From: an uncultured Candidatus Saccharibacteria bacterium
GTDB lineage: Bacteria; Patescibacteriota; UBA1384; XYA2-FULL-43-10; 1-14-0-10-43-13
Assembly: GCA_964543385.1 (NCBI GenBank)
Contig: CAZIYE010000001.1
Span: 420,001-452,000, forward strand
Reading direction: 5' to 3'
Length of the DNA stretch: 32,000 bases
The notes beneath the pieces are model-generated. The model was not told where the DNA came from. It was given only the letters and a program-made list of their open reading frames with translations, and did no database searches. Below are positions 6,908 through 17,003 of the stretch, piece by piece. Each line of letters starts with the position of its first letter. Positions within the stretch are counted from its first letter, which is position 1. Position numbers and translations under genes: made by a program.

Positions 6908-9900
6908 CTACCAAGACCAAGAGAATATAGTTATACTCCAACTCGTACCTAATCGTAGATTACCCTTTTGCGTATTAAAATAATCCGTTACCACACCAGT
7001 CAGAATATTGTCCCTGAAAAAACCCCAGACACCGTCAAGAATTGGCGAAAGAATATGATTGAGAAAATACTGGGTTCGATCACCTTTGCCCATCACCATA
7101 ATATTCCAGAAATCATTAATAGTACTAATTTGGTTTTTGACCCAAGCCATTGCATCATCTCCAACAGCGTTAACAAAGGCACCGAAACTAACAATTAGCT
7201 TAAAATTAACTTTAATCTCTTTATCACTAGTCAAATTTCTACATATCATTTTACCTTCTTTTGTCGATTTTATATCTGTCGTTGGCCGCCCGCTGTCATC
7301 AAAATAACGTGGGGCTTCACAATCTGGCGCTGCCATGCTTTGAATTAGGAAGTTTCTGGATGCTTTTGCCACTATTTCCTTATTACTACCATAATCTAGC
7401 GTTACTACCCCGTTAGGATCAGTCGTTCCAAAAGGATTTCTCTTCGCAAGAGCTAATTGATTATTCTTATAGGTTTCGAGTCTGTCCGGTATAAAAGTTA
7501 CCATTAGATTATTATAAAAATTATCGAGAGAACCAATCGCAGCCGCCGTATCAATCTGAGCTGACGACAAAGTCAAACCGCGCGAGACAAGAGTCTGATT
7601 AAATTTTGGTATTATATCAAAATTAAATAACGAAGTAAGTTTATCTGTAATACTTGTGACTTTCCTCACAGTGCATTGAGGTGATCTTGGATTCTCTTGG
7701 CAAGCAATATTTACACACTGAGCCACCCCAACCTTGTCACCCAAAACTGCCTTATTTATAATATCCGTATTTGAACATGGAGAAATACCAATAATTTGTC
7801 TGCTGACCAGCCCCCCTCTTCTGTCATTAATCGTAACTTCACGACTACCATTAGGCAAAACAGTCACAGTTGTGGTAGTACCATCTGAATTTGCGATAAT
7901 TCTCATAGCTCCTGGTCGGTCCGGTACTGTATTGCCAAATAACCCAGCGCCAAGTCTTGTTAGGATGCTAGTCGCATTGCTCTCGAGTTCAGTAATCCCT
8001 TCAATTGTTTGCCTACCAAGCTTATAGGCGTTAGTAAGATTGACCTGGTCACGCCATAGCGACTTCACGTCGTTGATTTTAGAATCAACCCAGCCAAGAA
8101 CACCCCCTCGTGTTTTTGCTTTGATTTGCTCAATTTGCGAAGCAGTATCGGCATCCGTAATTACAGAATTAAGATCTTTCTGTACATTTAACCTGATTTG
8201 TTTGGGTCTGAAAGTCGCAGTAACTGTTTTATCAGAAGTGACGTTACTAACAGTACATTGATAACCATCTGTCGATATATCCGTGCAACCGTTCCAAACA
8301 ACTATGGAATTGTTTTCTGGCATAGTTGAAATGATTGCAGAATCGCCGTAATTCACCACCTGAGTCAGCGGATTTACGCCATTTATAGAACCCAGATCAG
8401 TTCTTGAGACAGGATCATTCACTGAGCTCACAATCACCGTGAAGATCCTTTTGCGGACTTTGACTACGACATCATGATTTGCATCGATATTTGTAATACT
8501 GCAGGTTGATGCAGTAGGAGTGGTCGGCATACAGCCGGTCCAGCTAACGATTTCACTACCTGCATCGATCAGTATCACCATAAAATTGACGTTACCGCCA
8601 GGGGCGATTTGCTGATTGGACGGGTTGATAGAAGCGCGGGCATTTGAAGCAGGATCGATCATACCAGTGACTGTGTGCATCGTTGCAAAGGCAGCGTCAA
8701 TTGTATGATCAGCAATAATAGATGTGAAAGCATAAGAGCCGGAACTGACAGCGGCATTATTAGTAGCACCGTCGATGCGAACATCCCTGATATTATATCC
8801 GAGAGCAGCAGTTACCAAATAAGATTGAGAATCACCATAATTTACCGTCTTTACACCAGCGGGTGTGATCAAGCCGTTTACTCCTGCTGTTGATTTGATA
8901 GTAAAAGTCTTGAGTTTAAAGGTGGCGATGACTGTCCTATTGGAGATGATATTGTCAAGTTTACAAAGGTCAGACTCAATACTATCGCAACCGGACCAAT
9001 CAGTATTGGGATTAAATTCAACGGATGAAATAGCCGCAGTAGCTTTTATTAGTAAAATATCACCCATATTAACTACTGTGTAGGGAATTGTTTTGTCAAA
9101 AGTTCCGTCACCATTGCCTGCCTTATTGATACTAATAGTATATGTGTTAATAGCAAAACTAACATAAATACTATGATCGCCCGATATATTAGAGAATGTA
9201 TAACTTGAAACTAAATCCACGGGATTTGCATCAACAACTAATGTTTCTATATGATAATTAACTGCCGGAGTGAAGGTATAAGTTTTAGATTGTCCGTAGC
9301 TCACATAAGTTATGCCTGGTGATGAAATCGCCCCGTTAGAACCGAGAACTGCATTAATCGAATATGTCCTAATAATAAAAGTAACTGCAATTGTGTGATT
9401 AGAATCAACATTGTCAAACCAGTAGGAGCTATCAGCAACAGCCGTAGGGTTGTTCACTCCGTCAACCAACACCTGATATATAAGATAACCATTATTAGGG
9501 GTAAATGTGTATAATTTAGAATAATCATATCCTACCATCGTAACACCTGGAGTCAAAATTGAACCGTTTTGACCTGCTGTAGCTGTAATAGCATAAGTAT
9601 CGCGAGTATAGACTACCGAGACCGTGTGATTAGCGGAAATATCAGAGAAAGTATAAAAGCCTGCAGCTATCGCTCCGCTATTTGATACTCCGTCCACTAA
9701 GACTTCACCTATATGATAGTGATTCTCCGACGTGAAAGTATAAGTCTTAGAGGAATCCCAATTTACAACAGTAGCTCCTGGTGAAGTGATTGAGCCGTTC
9801 GAACCTGTTGTGGCAGTAATGGTGTAGGTATTAATGTCAAAAGTAGCCGAGATAGTGTGATTAGCAGTTACATTGGTAAAGTTATATGAACTTACAGCAC

Positions 9901-11551
9901 CGACAGATGAACCGTTTACTCGAACATCAGAGATATGATAGCCGTCATTCGATGTGACGGTGTAAGATTGAGAACCATTTGTAGCTACACTGGTCGTTCC
10001 AGGAGGCGAGATTGTACCATTAGCGCCAGAAGAAGCTGTGATAGAATAATCACCCGCAGTAGTTACCACAAAGGGATAATTTGTCGTGCCTCCATTTGTA
10101 GTTATAATACAGGATCCAGCACCTATTGCTGCGCCAACTGGCACAGTAAGTATAATAGACGTATTTGTCCATGTAGTAGGAGAACCTGCTACGGCTCCTA
10201 TGGATATGGTTGAATTTCCTTGATTCAAGCCAAAATCAGTACCAGTAATCACGACAATGTCACCAACATCTCCATTCGACGGATCTATTGATGTAATCGC
10301 GGGGACATTAGGCGTATTATAATGAACCGTCATAGCATCAAATATGGGAGTGACTGTGGTATCTTCTGTAATAAGAATTATCTTTATCTGAGCATAACGT
10401 CCAGTTGGGACAATATGGTTTATGCCAATTACAAAAGTACTGGCTTGGTGGTTGGCATCTTCGCTCCACTCAGCAGCAGATAAACCGGCTTCAGTATCAG
10501 CTGCCCTTAGCCGGACTTCGAAATCAGTATTGGTGGGGACTGTCACAGTCCAGTCAGCATAATTCCAGTATGTACCGCTAAGACCTGAATCATAAGTAGT
10601 AATGGCAGTACCTACAGAAGAGAAAGCCGGGAAGGTGCCAGCTGTATTAACCCCACTTAAGATATCATTATAAAGAGCAGAATTACCCGATACATCACTT
10701 GGATAGAAGCCCATGCCCCCCTGCATTACAGCAGCATTGATGGTGTGGTCAGATATAGAAGAAGCTGCTAATTGCAAAACAGCCGAAGTAATTGGCCCCG
10801 AAAGAATAGATGGATCTATAATGATAAAAGCTCTCTCGCCTTTTCCACCATAGTTTCCAATGTATCCAACCGTAGTCATCCCTCCTCGTGTCCCATCAGA
10901 GTAAACGTTGAATAAGTCAGACGTCACGCTTGGCAATGTAATTGTACCATTATCAGTAATAATCCTAATCGAACTATCGCGAGCCCCGTCAGTGCCAATC
11001 CAACTCTCCTCATCAGCATTTTCAGCCGAATCTTTAAAACCAATAATGACCAACTCTTCATTTTCTTTAGCATAATTCATCCGCTGAATAAAGGCACAAC
11101 TTAGAGTAATATCTTTAGAACCACCATCAGCGGTGAAATCAGCTGCTGCTAGTGAAGGCTCAGTAATATTTCCTACAGCGGTTGGACAACCACCATCAAG
11201 CTGAAAAAATCCCTGGGTTAATGGAGTGCCATTATCGACACCGCTTAGATCAAAATTCGATAAATCAATAGTATCGTCCCAAGTTTTAGTCAGGGAGGCA
11301 GCCTTTAAATGCTGTTGCGGATTTGATATCAAGACAGCGGTAAATAATGAAAAAACGACTAAACTGAAAAATAAAAACACCCAATGACTAGTCCTAGCAA
11401 TTGGATTGATATGCCATCTATAATACCAGCGGAAATGCATCCTCAAAAAATTATGCAGCTTTGATGCCCAAGGCATCAAAGCTTTAGTACTTCGCTGAAT
11501 ACGAATTAACTTTTTATCTAACTCTTGGATATTAATTTGAGATGATGTCAT
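6908..11551 (-). CDS. Giant (1547 aa) membrane-anchored surface protein with an IPT/TIG-like domain and tandem InlB-B-repeat-like domains
   Basis: The N-terminal 55 aa are basic and followed by one TM helix (HWVFLFFSLVVFSLFTAVLIS). Residues ~414-497, 'ITSIDPSNGDVGDIVVITGTDFG...TISIGA', are IPT/TIG-like. Residues ~501-1116 form at least 8 tandem repeats of ~75-80 aa. The C-terminal ~430 aa are unrecognised and contain Cys. Confidence 0.85.
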   Translation of the reverse strand: MTSSQINIQELDKKLIRIQRSTKALMPWASKLHNFLRMHFRWYYRWHINPIARTSHWVFLFFSLVVFSLFTAVLISNPQQHLKAASLTKTWDDTIDLSNFDLSGVDNGTPLTQGFFQLDGGCPTAVGNITEPSLAAADFTADGGSKDITLSCAFIQRMNYAKENEELVIIGFKDSAENADEESWIGTDGARDSSIRIITDNGTITLPSVTSDLFNVYSDGTRGGMTTVGYIGNYGGKGERAFIIIDPSILSGPITSAVLQLAASSISDHTINAAVMQGGMGFYPSDVSGNSALYNDILSGVNTAGTFPAFSSVGTAITTYDSGLSGTYWNYADWTVTVPTNTDFEVRLRAADTEAGLSAAEWSEDANHQASTFVIGINHIVPTGRYAQIKIILITEDTTVTPIFDAMTVHYNTPNVPAITSIDPSNGDVGDIVVITGTDFGLNQGNSTISIGAVAGSPTTWTNTSIILTVPVGAAIGAGSCIITTNGGTTNYPFVVTTAGDYSITASSGANGTISPPGTTSVATNGSQSYTVTSNDGYHISDVRVNGSSVGAVSSYNFTNVTANHTISATFDINTYTITATTGSNGSITSPGATVVNWDSSKTYTFTSENHYHIGEVLVDGVSNSGAIAAGFYTFSDISANHTVSVVYTRDTYAITATAGQNGSILTPGVTMVGYDYSKLYTFTPNNGYLIYQVLVDGVNNPTAVADSSYWFDNVDSNHTIAVTFIIRTYSINAVLGSNGAISSPGITYVSYGQSKTYTFTPAVNYHIETLVVDANPVDLVSSYTFSNISGDHSIYVSFAINTYTISINKAGNGDGTFDKTIPYTVVNMGDILLIKATAAISSVEFNPNTDWSGCDSIESDLCKLDNIISNRTVIATFKLKTFTIKSTAGVNGLITPAGVKTVNYGDSQSYLVTAALGYNIRDVRIDGATNNAAVSSGSYAFTSIIADHTIDAAFATMHTVTGMIDPASNARASINPSNQQIAPGGNVNFMVILIDAGSEIVSWTGCMPTTPTASTCSITNIDANHDVVVKVRKRIFTVIVSSVNDPVSRTDLGSINGVNPLTQVVNYGDSAIISTMPENNSIVVWNGCTDISTDGYQCTVSNVTSDKTVTATFRPKQIRLNVQKDLNSVITDADTASQIEQIKAKTRGGVLGWVDSKINDVKSLWRDQVNLTNAYKLGRQTIEGITELESNATSILTRLGAGLFGNTVPDRPGAMRIIANSDGTTTTVTVLPNGSREVTINDRRGGLVSRQIIGISPCSNTDIINKAVLGDKVGVAQCVNIACQENPRSPQCTVRKVTSITDKLTSLFNFDIIPKFNQTLVSRGLTLSSAQIDTAAAIGSLDNFYNNLMVTFIPDRLETYKNNQLALAKRNPFGTTDPNGVVTLDYGSNKEIVAKASRNFLIQSMAAPDCEAPRYFDDSGRPTTDIKSTKEGKMICRNLTSDKEIKVNFKLIVSFGAFVNAVGDDAMAWVKNQISTINDFWNIMVMGKGDRTQYFLNHILSPILDGVWGFFRDNILTGVVTDYFNTQKGNLRLGTSWSITIFSWSW
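8204..10051 (-). repeat. Protein-level tandem domain array (at least 8 units of ~75-80 aa) inside the giant gene
   Basis: Repeat starts are YSITASSGANG, YTITATTGSNG, YAITATAGQNG, YSINAVLGSNG, YTISINKAGNG and FTIKSTAGVNG, plus two degenerate units. Units end in '..NHTIsatF'. The last units show the 'W.GC....C.v.n......V.ATF' signature of the divergent InlB B-repeat family. Confidence 0.7.
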
Positions 11552-11562
11552 ATTTTTCCAAA

Positions 11563-12282
11563 CTAAATTGGATTAATAATAAAACTCCAAAAACCCCTTC
11601 CTTTGGTTTCTTGTTCTATTTTGGTCTGACCCCGTAAAGAATCATAGATATAAGATATGAATATTAATAACATCGGGAAGATAACAACCATAAACATTCC
11701 CATAAATAATTTACCAAATATCATTGAGACAATAGAGACAATCAGAAGAGAAAGAAACACCGTCCAAAATGCTCCCTTACCAATCTTGCGACTGTTTTTT
11801 ATCGCCTCAATCGCTTTATCACCATCTGCCACTGCGAAGATATAAAATGCATAATGTATTCCCCAGACGATTCCAATTAGGTCAAAAATAACAGTCGCAA
11901 AAGGAATAATGAATTTCAGAAGATTACCGACAATCGGTCCCGCTGCCAGAAGTGCGGAGACCGCTAATGAAGCCATTATGAGGTTCCACATGTTTTTCTT
12001 CAATGAATATATTTCTTTCAGACTTGTTTTCTTACTCCTGACAACATCCAATGATATCCTGAGACAAACGAGCAGTGCAATAGAATTAATAATTGCAACA
12101 GAGATATATATAATAAATTGATATAAAAGACCAACATAGGTTGCACTGGCAATAATTTCGTAAATCATAATGTTGAAGATAGCGGCCAAAGACACAACCA
12201 TCAAAAATATCGGCCATATCTTCCACACAAACCGTAATGAAAAGATAAAGGCATTTTTTATAGAAACCTTCTTCTCGGACAT
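11563..12282 (-). CDS. Polytopic membrane protein (239 aa), function unknown, immediately upstream of the giant surface-protein gene
   Basis: It has about 6 hydrophobic helices. An 11-nt gap separates it from the start of the 6908-11551 gene on the same strand, so the two are probably co-transcribed. Confidence 0.65.
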   Translation of the reverse strand: MSEKKVSIKNAFIFSLRFVWKIWPIFLMVVSLAAIFNIMIYEIIASATYVGLLYQFIIYISVAIINSIALLVCLRISLDVVRSKKTSLKEIYSLKKNMWNLIMASLAVSALLAAGPIVGNLLKFIIPFATVIFDLIGIVWGIHYAFYIFAVADGDKAIEAIKNSRKIGKGAFWTVFLSLLIVSIVSMIFGKLFMGMFMVVIFPMLLIFISYIYDSLRGQTKIEQETKGRGFWSFIINPI

Positions 12283-12348
12283 TTCCCCTCCAAAAGAACT
12301 AAAAAAATACTAATGCTAATATAGCCTATTTATGTAGTTATAGTCAAT

Positions 12349-13044
12349 TCAAGAAATAACCCTTTTTACTATCAATACCAATTCACCTTTTAATTGATGA
12401 CTTTTCAGGCCAGAAATGACATCGATAACACTTCCACCCCAATACTCCTCAAACATCTTTGTGATTTCACGAGCAATAAATACCTTGGTATCGTCACCTA
12501 GATAGGCCTTAATATCACCCAGAGTCCTCTCTATACGCATTGCAGATTCGTAGATGACAATTGGACAGTCCAAAGATTTCAATTGTTTAAATTTAGTTTG
12601 ACGGCCCTTCTTCTTTGGTAAAAATCCGGCAAAAAAGAATTCCTTCTCTATTAGCCCCGACACACTTGCGGCTGCTGCCAAGGCAGAGGGACCAGGAACA
12701 GGAATCACCAATATATCACTTTCAACGTTCTTTATTCTAGCTATTAGTTCCTGCCCAGGATCAGAGATTCCCGGCGTACCTGCATCAGTCACTAAAGCAA
12801 TATTCTTGCCACTTTTCAATTCATCTATAATATATTCAATTTTCGATAATTTTGAGTGCTGGAAATAAGATACAAGTGGCTTCTTAATCTCAAAATGCTT
12901 CAACATTTGCCCTGTCACACGTGTATCTTCGCAAGCAATTAAATCTGCCTCTTTCAAAACACGAATAGCTCGAAGAGTGATATCTTCGAGATTGCCAATC
13001 GGGGTTGCGACAATATACAAAATTCCTTTATTTGTCTTATTCAT
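12349..13044 (-). CDS. rsmI: 16S rRNA (cytidine1402-2'-O)-methyltransferase
   Basis: 'GILYIVATPIGNLEDITLRAIRVLKEADLIACEDTR' and 'ALVTDAGTPGISDPG' are hallmark RsmI (tetrapyrrole-methylase fold) motifs. Confidence 0.9.
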   Translation of the reverse strand: MNKTNKGILYIVATPIGNLEDITLRAIRVLKEADLIACEDTRVTGQMLKHFEIKKPLVSYFQHSKLSKIEYIIDELKSGKNIALVTDAGTPGISDPGQELIARIKNVESDILVIPVPGPSALAAAASVSGLIEKEFFFAGFLPKKKGRQTKFKQLKSLDCPIVIYESAMRIERTLGDIKAYLGDDTKVFIAREITKMFEEYWGGSVIDVISGLKSHQLKGELVLIVKRVIS

Positions 13045-13153
13045 AGCCTATTATTAATTACTATCGATCACCACTTTATTCTTTATATACGATACTCTAC
13101 CATATTTTGCCTCATATTGGTATAACATCAGTATCTGGCATGGAGGTACATCC

Positions 13154-13417
13154 ATGAGTACGTCAATCATTGTCGCTTGCGCCATTGGAAATCAAAGTTT
13201 CGAGCTAAAAGCGGAGAGCTTATCAGTATGGCTTGAAGCAAAGGCTCTTTCTGAGAGAATTGAGGTAACAATTTTAGCAGCGCCAGAAGAATATCAAAGT
13301 CTTATTAACACTAAGATCTTTGCATATTTAAACGGCGAAACAATAACCGTCGACATACCAAAAAGCGGAAAATTTCACCTGCGCCAGACAGGATTCTTCT
13401 TTCCGCACCGTCCGTAG
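13154..13417 (+). CDS. Hypothetical small protein (87 aa)
   Basis: GGAGG lies 7 nt upstream of the ATG. No recognisable motif was found. This is the only plus-strand gene in its neighbourhood. Confidence 0.4.
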   Translation: MSTSIIVACAIGNQSFELKAESLSVWLEAKALSERIEVTILAAPEEYQSLINTKIFAYLNGETITVDIPKSGKFHLRQTGFFFPHRP

Positions 13418-13451
13418 AACCCACCCTTGCACAAGATGCCACGGTGGGTTC
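13417..13451. terminator. Hairpin between convergent genes
   Basis: gaacccacc (13417-13425) pairs with ggtgggttc (13443-13451). The stem is 9 bp and the loop 17 nt. Confidence 0.35.
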
Positions 13452-13465
13452 TTGCCTTATTAGGG

Positions 13466-14950
13466 CTATTTTATAAAGTTTAATGCGATTACTGCCATAA
13501 CTGCTATTGCAGCAAAGGCAAAGGCTGCCCAGCCAAACACTTTTACCCAAGTTGGGTGAGTTTCCCTGCCCATAATACGCTTGTCATTACCGACAACCAT
13601 TATTACAAAGAGAAGCGGAACAGCGATCACACCGTTTAGAAACGCTGAATAATAAAGCGCCTTCATCGGATTAATGCCTATAAAGTTTATAGCAAGACCA
13701 ATAAGGATAGACAGAGTAATAACACAATAGAATGCCTTCGCACGGGAAAATTTATTTTCAAGCCCCTCTCTCCAATTCATTAACTCTGCTAACGCATACG
13801 CTCCCGATCCTGCGAGGACCGGGATTGCCAGTAAACCCGTGCCGACAATTCCTAAGGCAAACAGCAGAAAGGCTTGATCGCCAGCAAATGGCTTTAGTGC
13901 CATTGCCGCTTGCTCGGCAGATTCAATATTGAATATACCATTAGCATTTAACACCTTGGCCGTCGTCAATACTATGAAGAAAAAAGTAAGATTAGCAAAA
14001 ATCATGCCAGTGCGAACATCTGTCCTCATCCGACCGATTCTATCATTTAGTTTATGAGAAATAGGCTCCCCATCTTCGTCCACCTTTGCTTTACCAACTA
14101 ATTTATTTTCTTCCACTTCCTCCGATGCTTGCCAAAAGAAAAGATATGGGCTGATAGTAGTACCAAAAACCGCAATTATCGCAAATACATAAGTCTTGTT
14201 AAAAGACATCTGTGGAATCAAAGCCTCTTTAAAAACCATGGCCCAATCAGGGTGTATTATAAATCCAGTGATGATATAGGCGAAAAGAGAAAGAGTCAGC
14301 CATTTCAAAATTTTTGAATAATGCCTATAAGGGATTAGTATTTCGATAGCGATAATCAATACCGTTAAAGCAATAGCTACGACAGCGAAATTAATTGGTA
14401 TTAGAAGTCTTATTGCAGCTGCCATTGCTGAAATATCAGCACCAATATTGGCGACATTAGCGACAATAAGTAAGGCAACTATGACAAAAACAATCCATTT
14501 TTTGTAATGTCGAAGCAAGACACCAGCTAAACCCTTGTTTGTAACAATCCCGATACGAGCACAAGCCTCCTGGACAGCAGTCATAAGTGGCAGCAACCAT
14601 GGAGCAAGCCAAATAAGGCCAAAACCAAACTGCGCACCGACAGAGGAGTATGTACCTATACCAGAAGGATCATCATCGGCAGCTCCGGTTATAATACCAG
14701 GACCGAGTGCCTTGAAAAAAAGCTTTGTTCTATGCCATGGATTTTTGAGGAATACCTTGGTTTCTTCCAACTCACCTTCAGTAATCCGAATAGTACCATC
14801 TGCTGCCTTGACTACCTCAACATAACCCCAAACTATTAGTTTTCTGGCTAGAATTAGTGGGATGCCTAGTTCGTGTCTGAATTCCGACAGAGTGAAAAGT
14901 TTAGTCTGAGAAGCTTTATCATTAAATTTGCTATTTTTATCTTGCAACAT
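13466..14950 (-). CDS. NRAMP-family divalent metal transporter with an N-terminal excisionase/MerR-type HTH extension
   Basis: 'GPGIITGAADDDPSGIGTYSSVGAQFGFGLIW' matches the NRAMP TM1 signature region, and about 11 TM helices follow. Residues ~20-65, 'FTLSEFRHELGIPLILARKLIVWGYVEVVKAADGTIRITEGELEE', look like an HTH_17-type domain. Confidence 0.75.
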   Translation of the reverse strand: MLQDKNSKFNDKASQTKLFTLSEFRHELGIPLILARKLIVWGYVEVVKAADGTIRITEGELEETKVFLKNPWHRTKLFFKALGPGIITGAADDDPSGIGTYSSVGAQFGFGLIWLAPWLLPLMTAVQEACARIGIVTNKGLAGVLLRHYKKWIVFVIVALLIVANVANIGADISAMAAAIRLLIPINFAVVAIALTVLIIAIEILIPYRHYSKILKWLTLSLFAYIITGFIIHPDWAMVFKEALIPQMSFNKTYVFAIIAVFGTTISPYLFFWQASEEVEENKLVGKAKVDEDGEPISHKLNDRIGRMRTDVRTGMIFANLTFFFIVLTTAKVLNANGIFNIESAEQAAMALKPFAGDQAFLLFALGIVGTGLLAIPVLAGSGAYALAELMNWREGLENKFSRAKAFYCVITLSILIGLAINFIGINPMKALYYSAFLNGVIAVPLLFVIMVVGNDKRIMGRETHPTWVKVFGWAAFAFAAIAVMAVIALNFIK

Positions 14951-15027
14951 GTCCCCTCACTATAATTAGTGTTCGAATGAAGTAAGAGATATCCAGCTCA
15001 AGCTCTAATTTGCAACCAAACAATAAT

Positions 15028-15897
15028 CTATTTATCATTTATAGCTTTAGTTAAAGAAACCCACTCTTCGAGCGATAGTTCCTGTGCTCGGACATTCTCA
15101 GATAATCCGATTGACTTAATTATATCGGCTGCATTTTTCTTGTCTATATGATAACCAGACGACAAATTATTAACCAAAGTCTTCCTACGTGAGGAGAAGC
15201 CAACTTTGATAGCTCGAAAAAGAACATCTTCTGACGTCTCTGACAATACATAATTTATATCCGATATTTTTAAAATTGCCGAGTCAACATCAGGAGATGG
15301 AAAAAATGACTCTCGTGGTACGATGCCAATTATTTCCGGTTTCCCATATGCCTGGACAGACAAGGCCAACACGGACATATCTCCTGGCTTAGCACATATA
15401 CGCTCAGCTACCTCTTTTTGTACCAGCAAAACAATGCTTTTGGGTTTATTGGGGGTAGTTAGAAAAAGTTTTATTATTTTTGAAGTAATATAGTATGGAA
15501 TATTGGCGATGACTTTATATTTCCTGTCTCCAACCAATTCAGGAATATTTATTTTAAGAATGTCTGAATTGAGCACTAGTAATTTACTATCATGATTCAA
15601 TAAAGTCGGTTGAGAAACAGCAATCCTATATTTGGATGCTAATAACTCTGCTAGTTTATCATCAATCTCTACTGCGGCCACCTTTCCTGCCTTCTCTATT
15701 AATTCTTCAGTCAACGTACCTAATCCCGGCCCCACTTCGATTACTAAATCGTCTTGTCCGAGATCAGCTGCGTGTATAATTTTATTGAGAGCATCTCGAT
15801 CAACTAAAAAATTTTGTCCAAGGCCATGCTTGGCCCAAAGACTATTTGATTTTAGATACTCGAGTAATTCCGTTTTATTTGTGAGATCAATAGACAT
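15028..15897 (-). CDS. rsmA: 16S rRNA (adenine1518/1519-N6)-dimethyltransferase
   Basis: 'KHGLGQNFLVD' and 'VIEVGPGLGTLTEELI' (SAM-binding motif), followed by 'NIPYYITS'. Confidence 0.9.
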   Translation of the reverse strand: MSIDLTNKTELLEYLKSNSLWAKHGLGQNFLVDRDALNKIIHAADLGQDDLVIEVGPGLGTLTEELIEKAGKVAAVEIDDKLAELLASKYRIAVSQPTLLNHDSKLLVLNSDILKINIPELVGDRKYKVIANIPYYITSKIIKLFLTTPNKPKSIVLLVQKEVAERICAKPGDMSVLALSVQAYGKPEIIGIVPRESFFPSPDVDSAILKISDINYVLSETSEDVLFRAIKVGFSSRRKTLVNNLSSGYHIDKKNAADIIKSIGLSENVRAQELSLEEWVSLTKAINDK

Positions 15898-15924
15898 TTT
15901 TAATTTTATGGAATTAATTAGGAA

Positions 15925-16923
15925 TTATTTGAATGTTCCAGGCCACCTGCCAGCATATCCATGAGTCAGAGCCCAGGCGGTCGTATAAATCTGTGCTTTG
16001 GGATCTTTCCAGCTAGCACCTGCATATCCCGCTTTTTTACTAGCATCAGCCCAAAATCCTTCTGTATACTGAAATAATCCTAAATGTCCTCCGCCAGAAA
16101 CAGACTCAACATTACCACGACTTTCAACTCGCATAAGATTACAAAGTCTATCAGGATCAAGCCCATTATTGATTGAGGCATCCAGAACAAGATCATTATA
16201 TTTACACCACACGGTAATTACCGGTTTCGTACCAATTATTTGTATTTCATCAACTGGAGCTGTAGTAACTTCACTACCTATGAGTTTCCGAGAAATTTCT
16301 ATTCCATCCTCTCTTACTAGGCGATAGGTCAAAGTCCTAATCCCAGACTGTCCCTTCTGCTCGATTTTACTCTTGCCTTTATCTAGTGTCTTATCTTCTT
16401 TTTTTATCGTTTTAAAGGCAACCGGCTCTGTCTTATTTATATTTGTTATAGCTACACGGATAATATTTATTTCCATGCCCAGCTCTAACTCGGTACTTTC
16501 TGCAAAATTGATTTTGTCGTCATTACCAAGAGCAATATCTGCTTCCCGGAGAAGATTACCAACAGTAGTAACCCAGCTTCTTTTTTGAAGATGCTTTTTT
16601 CCGTCAACAATGATATATTCTGGAGCCTTATAAATAGTGATCTTACTACCAATACCCATTTTTATATCAGGGAAAGCGGTAAATTTATCCTCTTTATGCG
16701 GATCTGCACCAAGCTCAGCAGCAATAGCAAATGAATTTTGGGACTTACTAGCGCCAGAATATCTAGAATAATCACCGTTGGGCATATAGGTTTCGACAAT
16801 ATAAGGTCTTGGAAATTGCTGATTAGCAATCACCTTACTCTCAACCAAAGGACTTGAGGAAAAAGTTATATAACCAGCAGGAACAATCAAGCCTGCAAGC
16901 AAAAATTTGAAATTAAATTTCAT
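15925..16923 (-). CDS. DUF348/G5-domain lytic transglycosylase (RpfB/YabE-like architecture with an SLT-type catalytic domain)
   Basis: The start was moved to the ATG at 16923 (MKFNFKFLLAGLIVPAGYITFSS, a signal/anchor). The G5-like segment is 'EPVAFKTIKKEDKTLDKGKSKIEQKGQSGIRTLTYRLVREDGIE...IIGTK'. The C-terminus, 'MRVESRGNVESVSGGGHLGLFQY', matches the SLT 'ES...S..GA.GL.Q' pattern. Confidence 0.75.
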   Translation of the reverse strand: MKFNFKFLLAGLIVPAGYITFSSSPLVESKVIANQQFPRPYIVETYMPNGDYSRYSGASKSQNSFAIAAELGADPHKEDKFTAFPDIKMGIGSKITIYKAPEYIIVDGKKHLQKRSWVTTVGNLLREADIALGNDDKINFAESTELELGMEINIIRVAITNINKTEPVAFKTIKKEDKTLDKGKSKIEQKGQSGIRTLTYRLVREDGIEISRKLIGSEVTTAPVDEIQIIGTKPVITVWCKYNDLVLDASINNGLDPDRLCNLMRVESRGNVESVSGGGHLGLFQYTEGFWADASKKAGYAGASWKDPKAQIYTTAWALTHGYAGRWPGTFK

Positions 16924-17003
16924 GTCTATGAGTATTTTACCAAACGATATGACTTTAAACAATATTGGCCGCCTTAATAAGGCGGCCACACAGGATTACC
17001 TGG

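Noticed and set aside
6968-10213. Eight 70-100-aa plus-strand ORFs inside the giant surface-protein gene
   Set aside because: All are antisense to a 1547-aa ORF with a clear domain architecture. Their translations are low-complexity Ser/Ile/Leu strings, and no ribosome-binding sites are present.
13311-13550. 79-aa minus-strand ORF bridging the ends of the 13154-13417 gene and the NRAMP gene
   Set aside because: It overlaps two better-supported convergent genes and the hairpin between them. The translation is Cys/Arg-rich and implausible.
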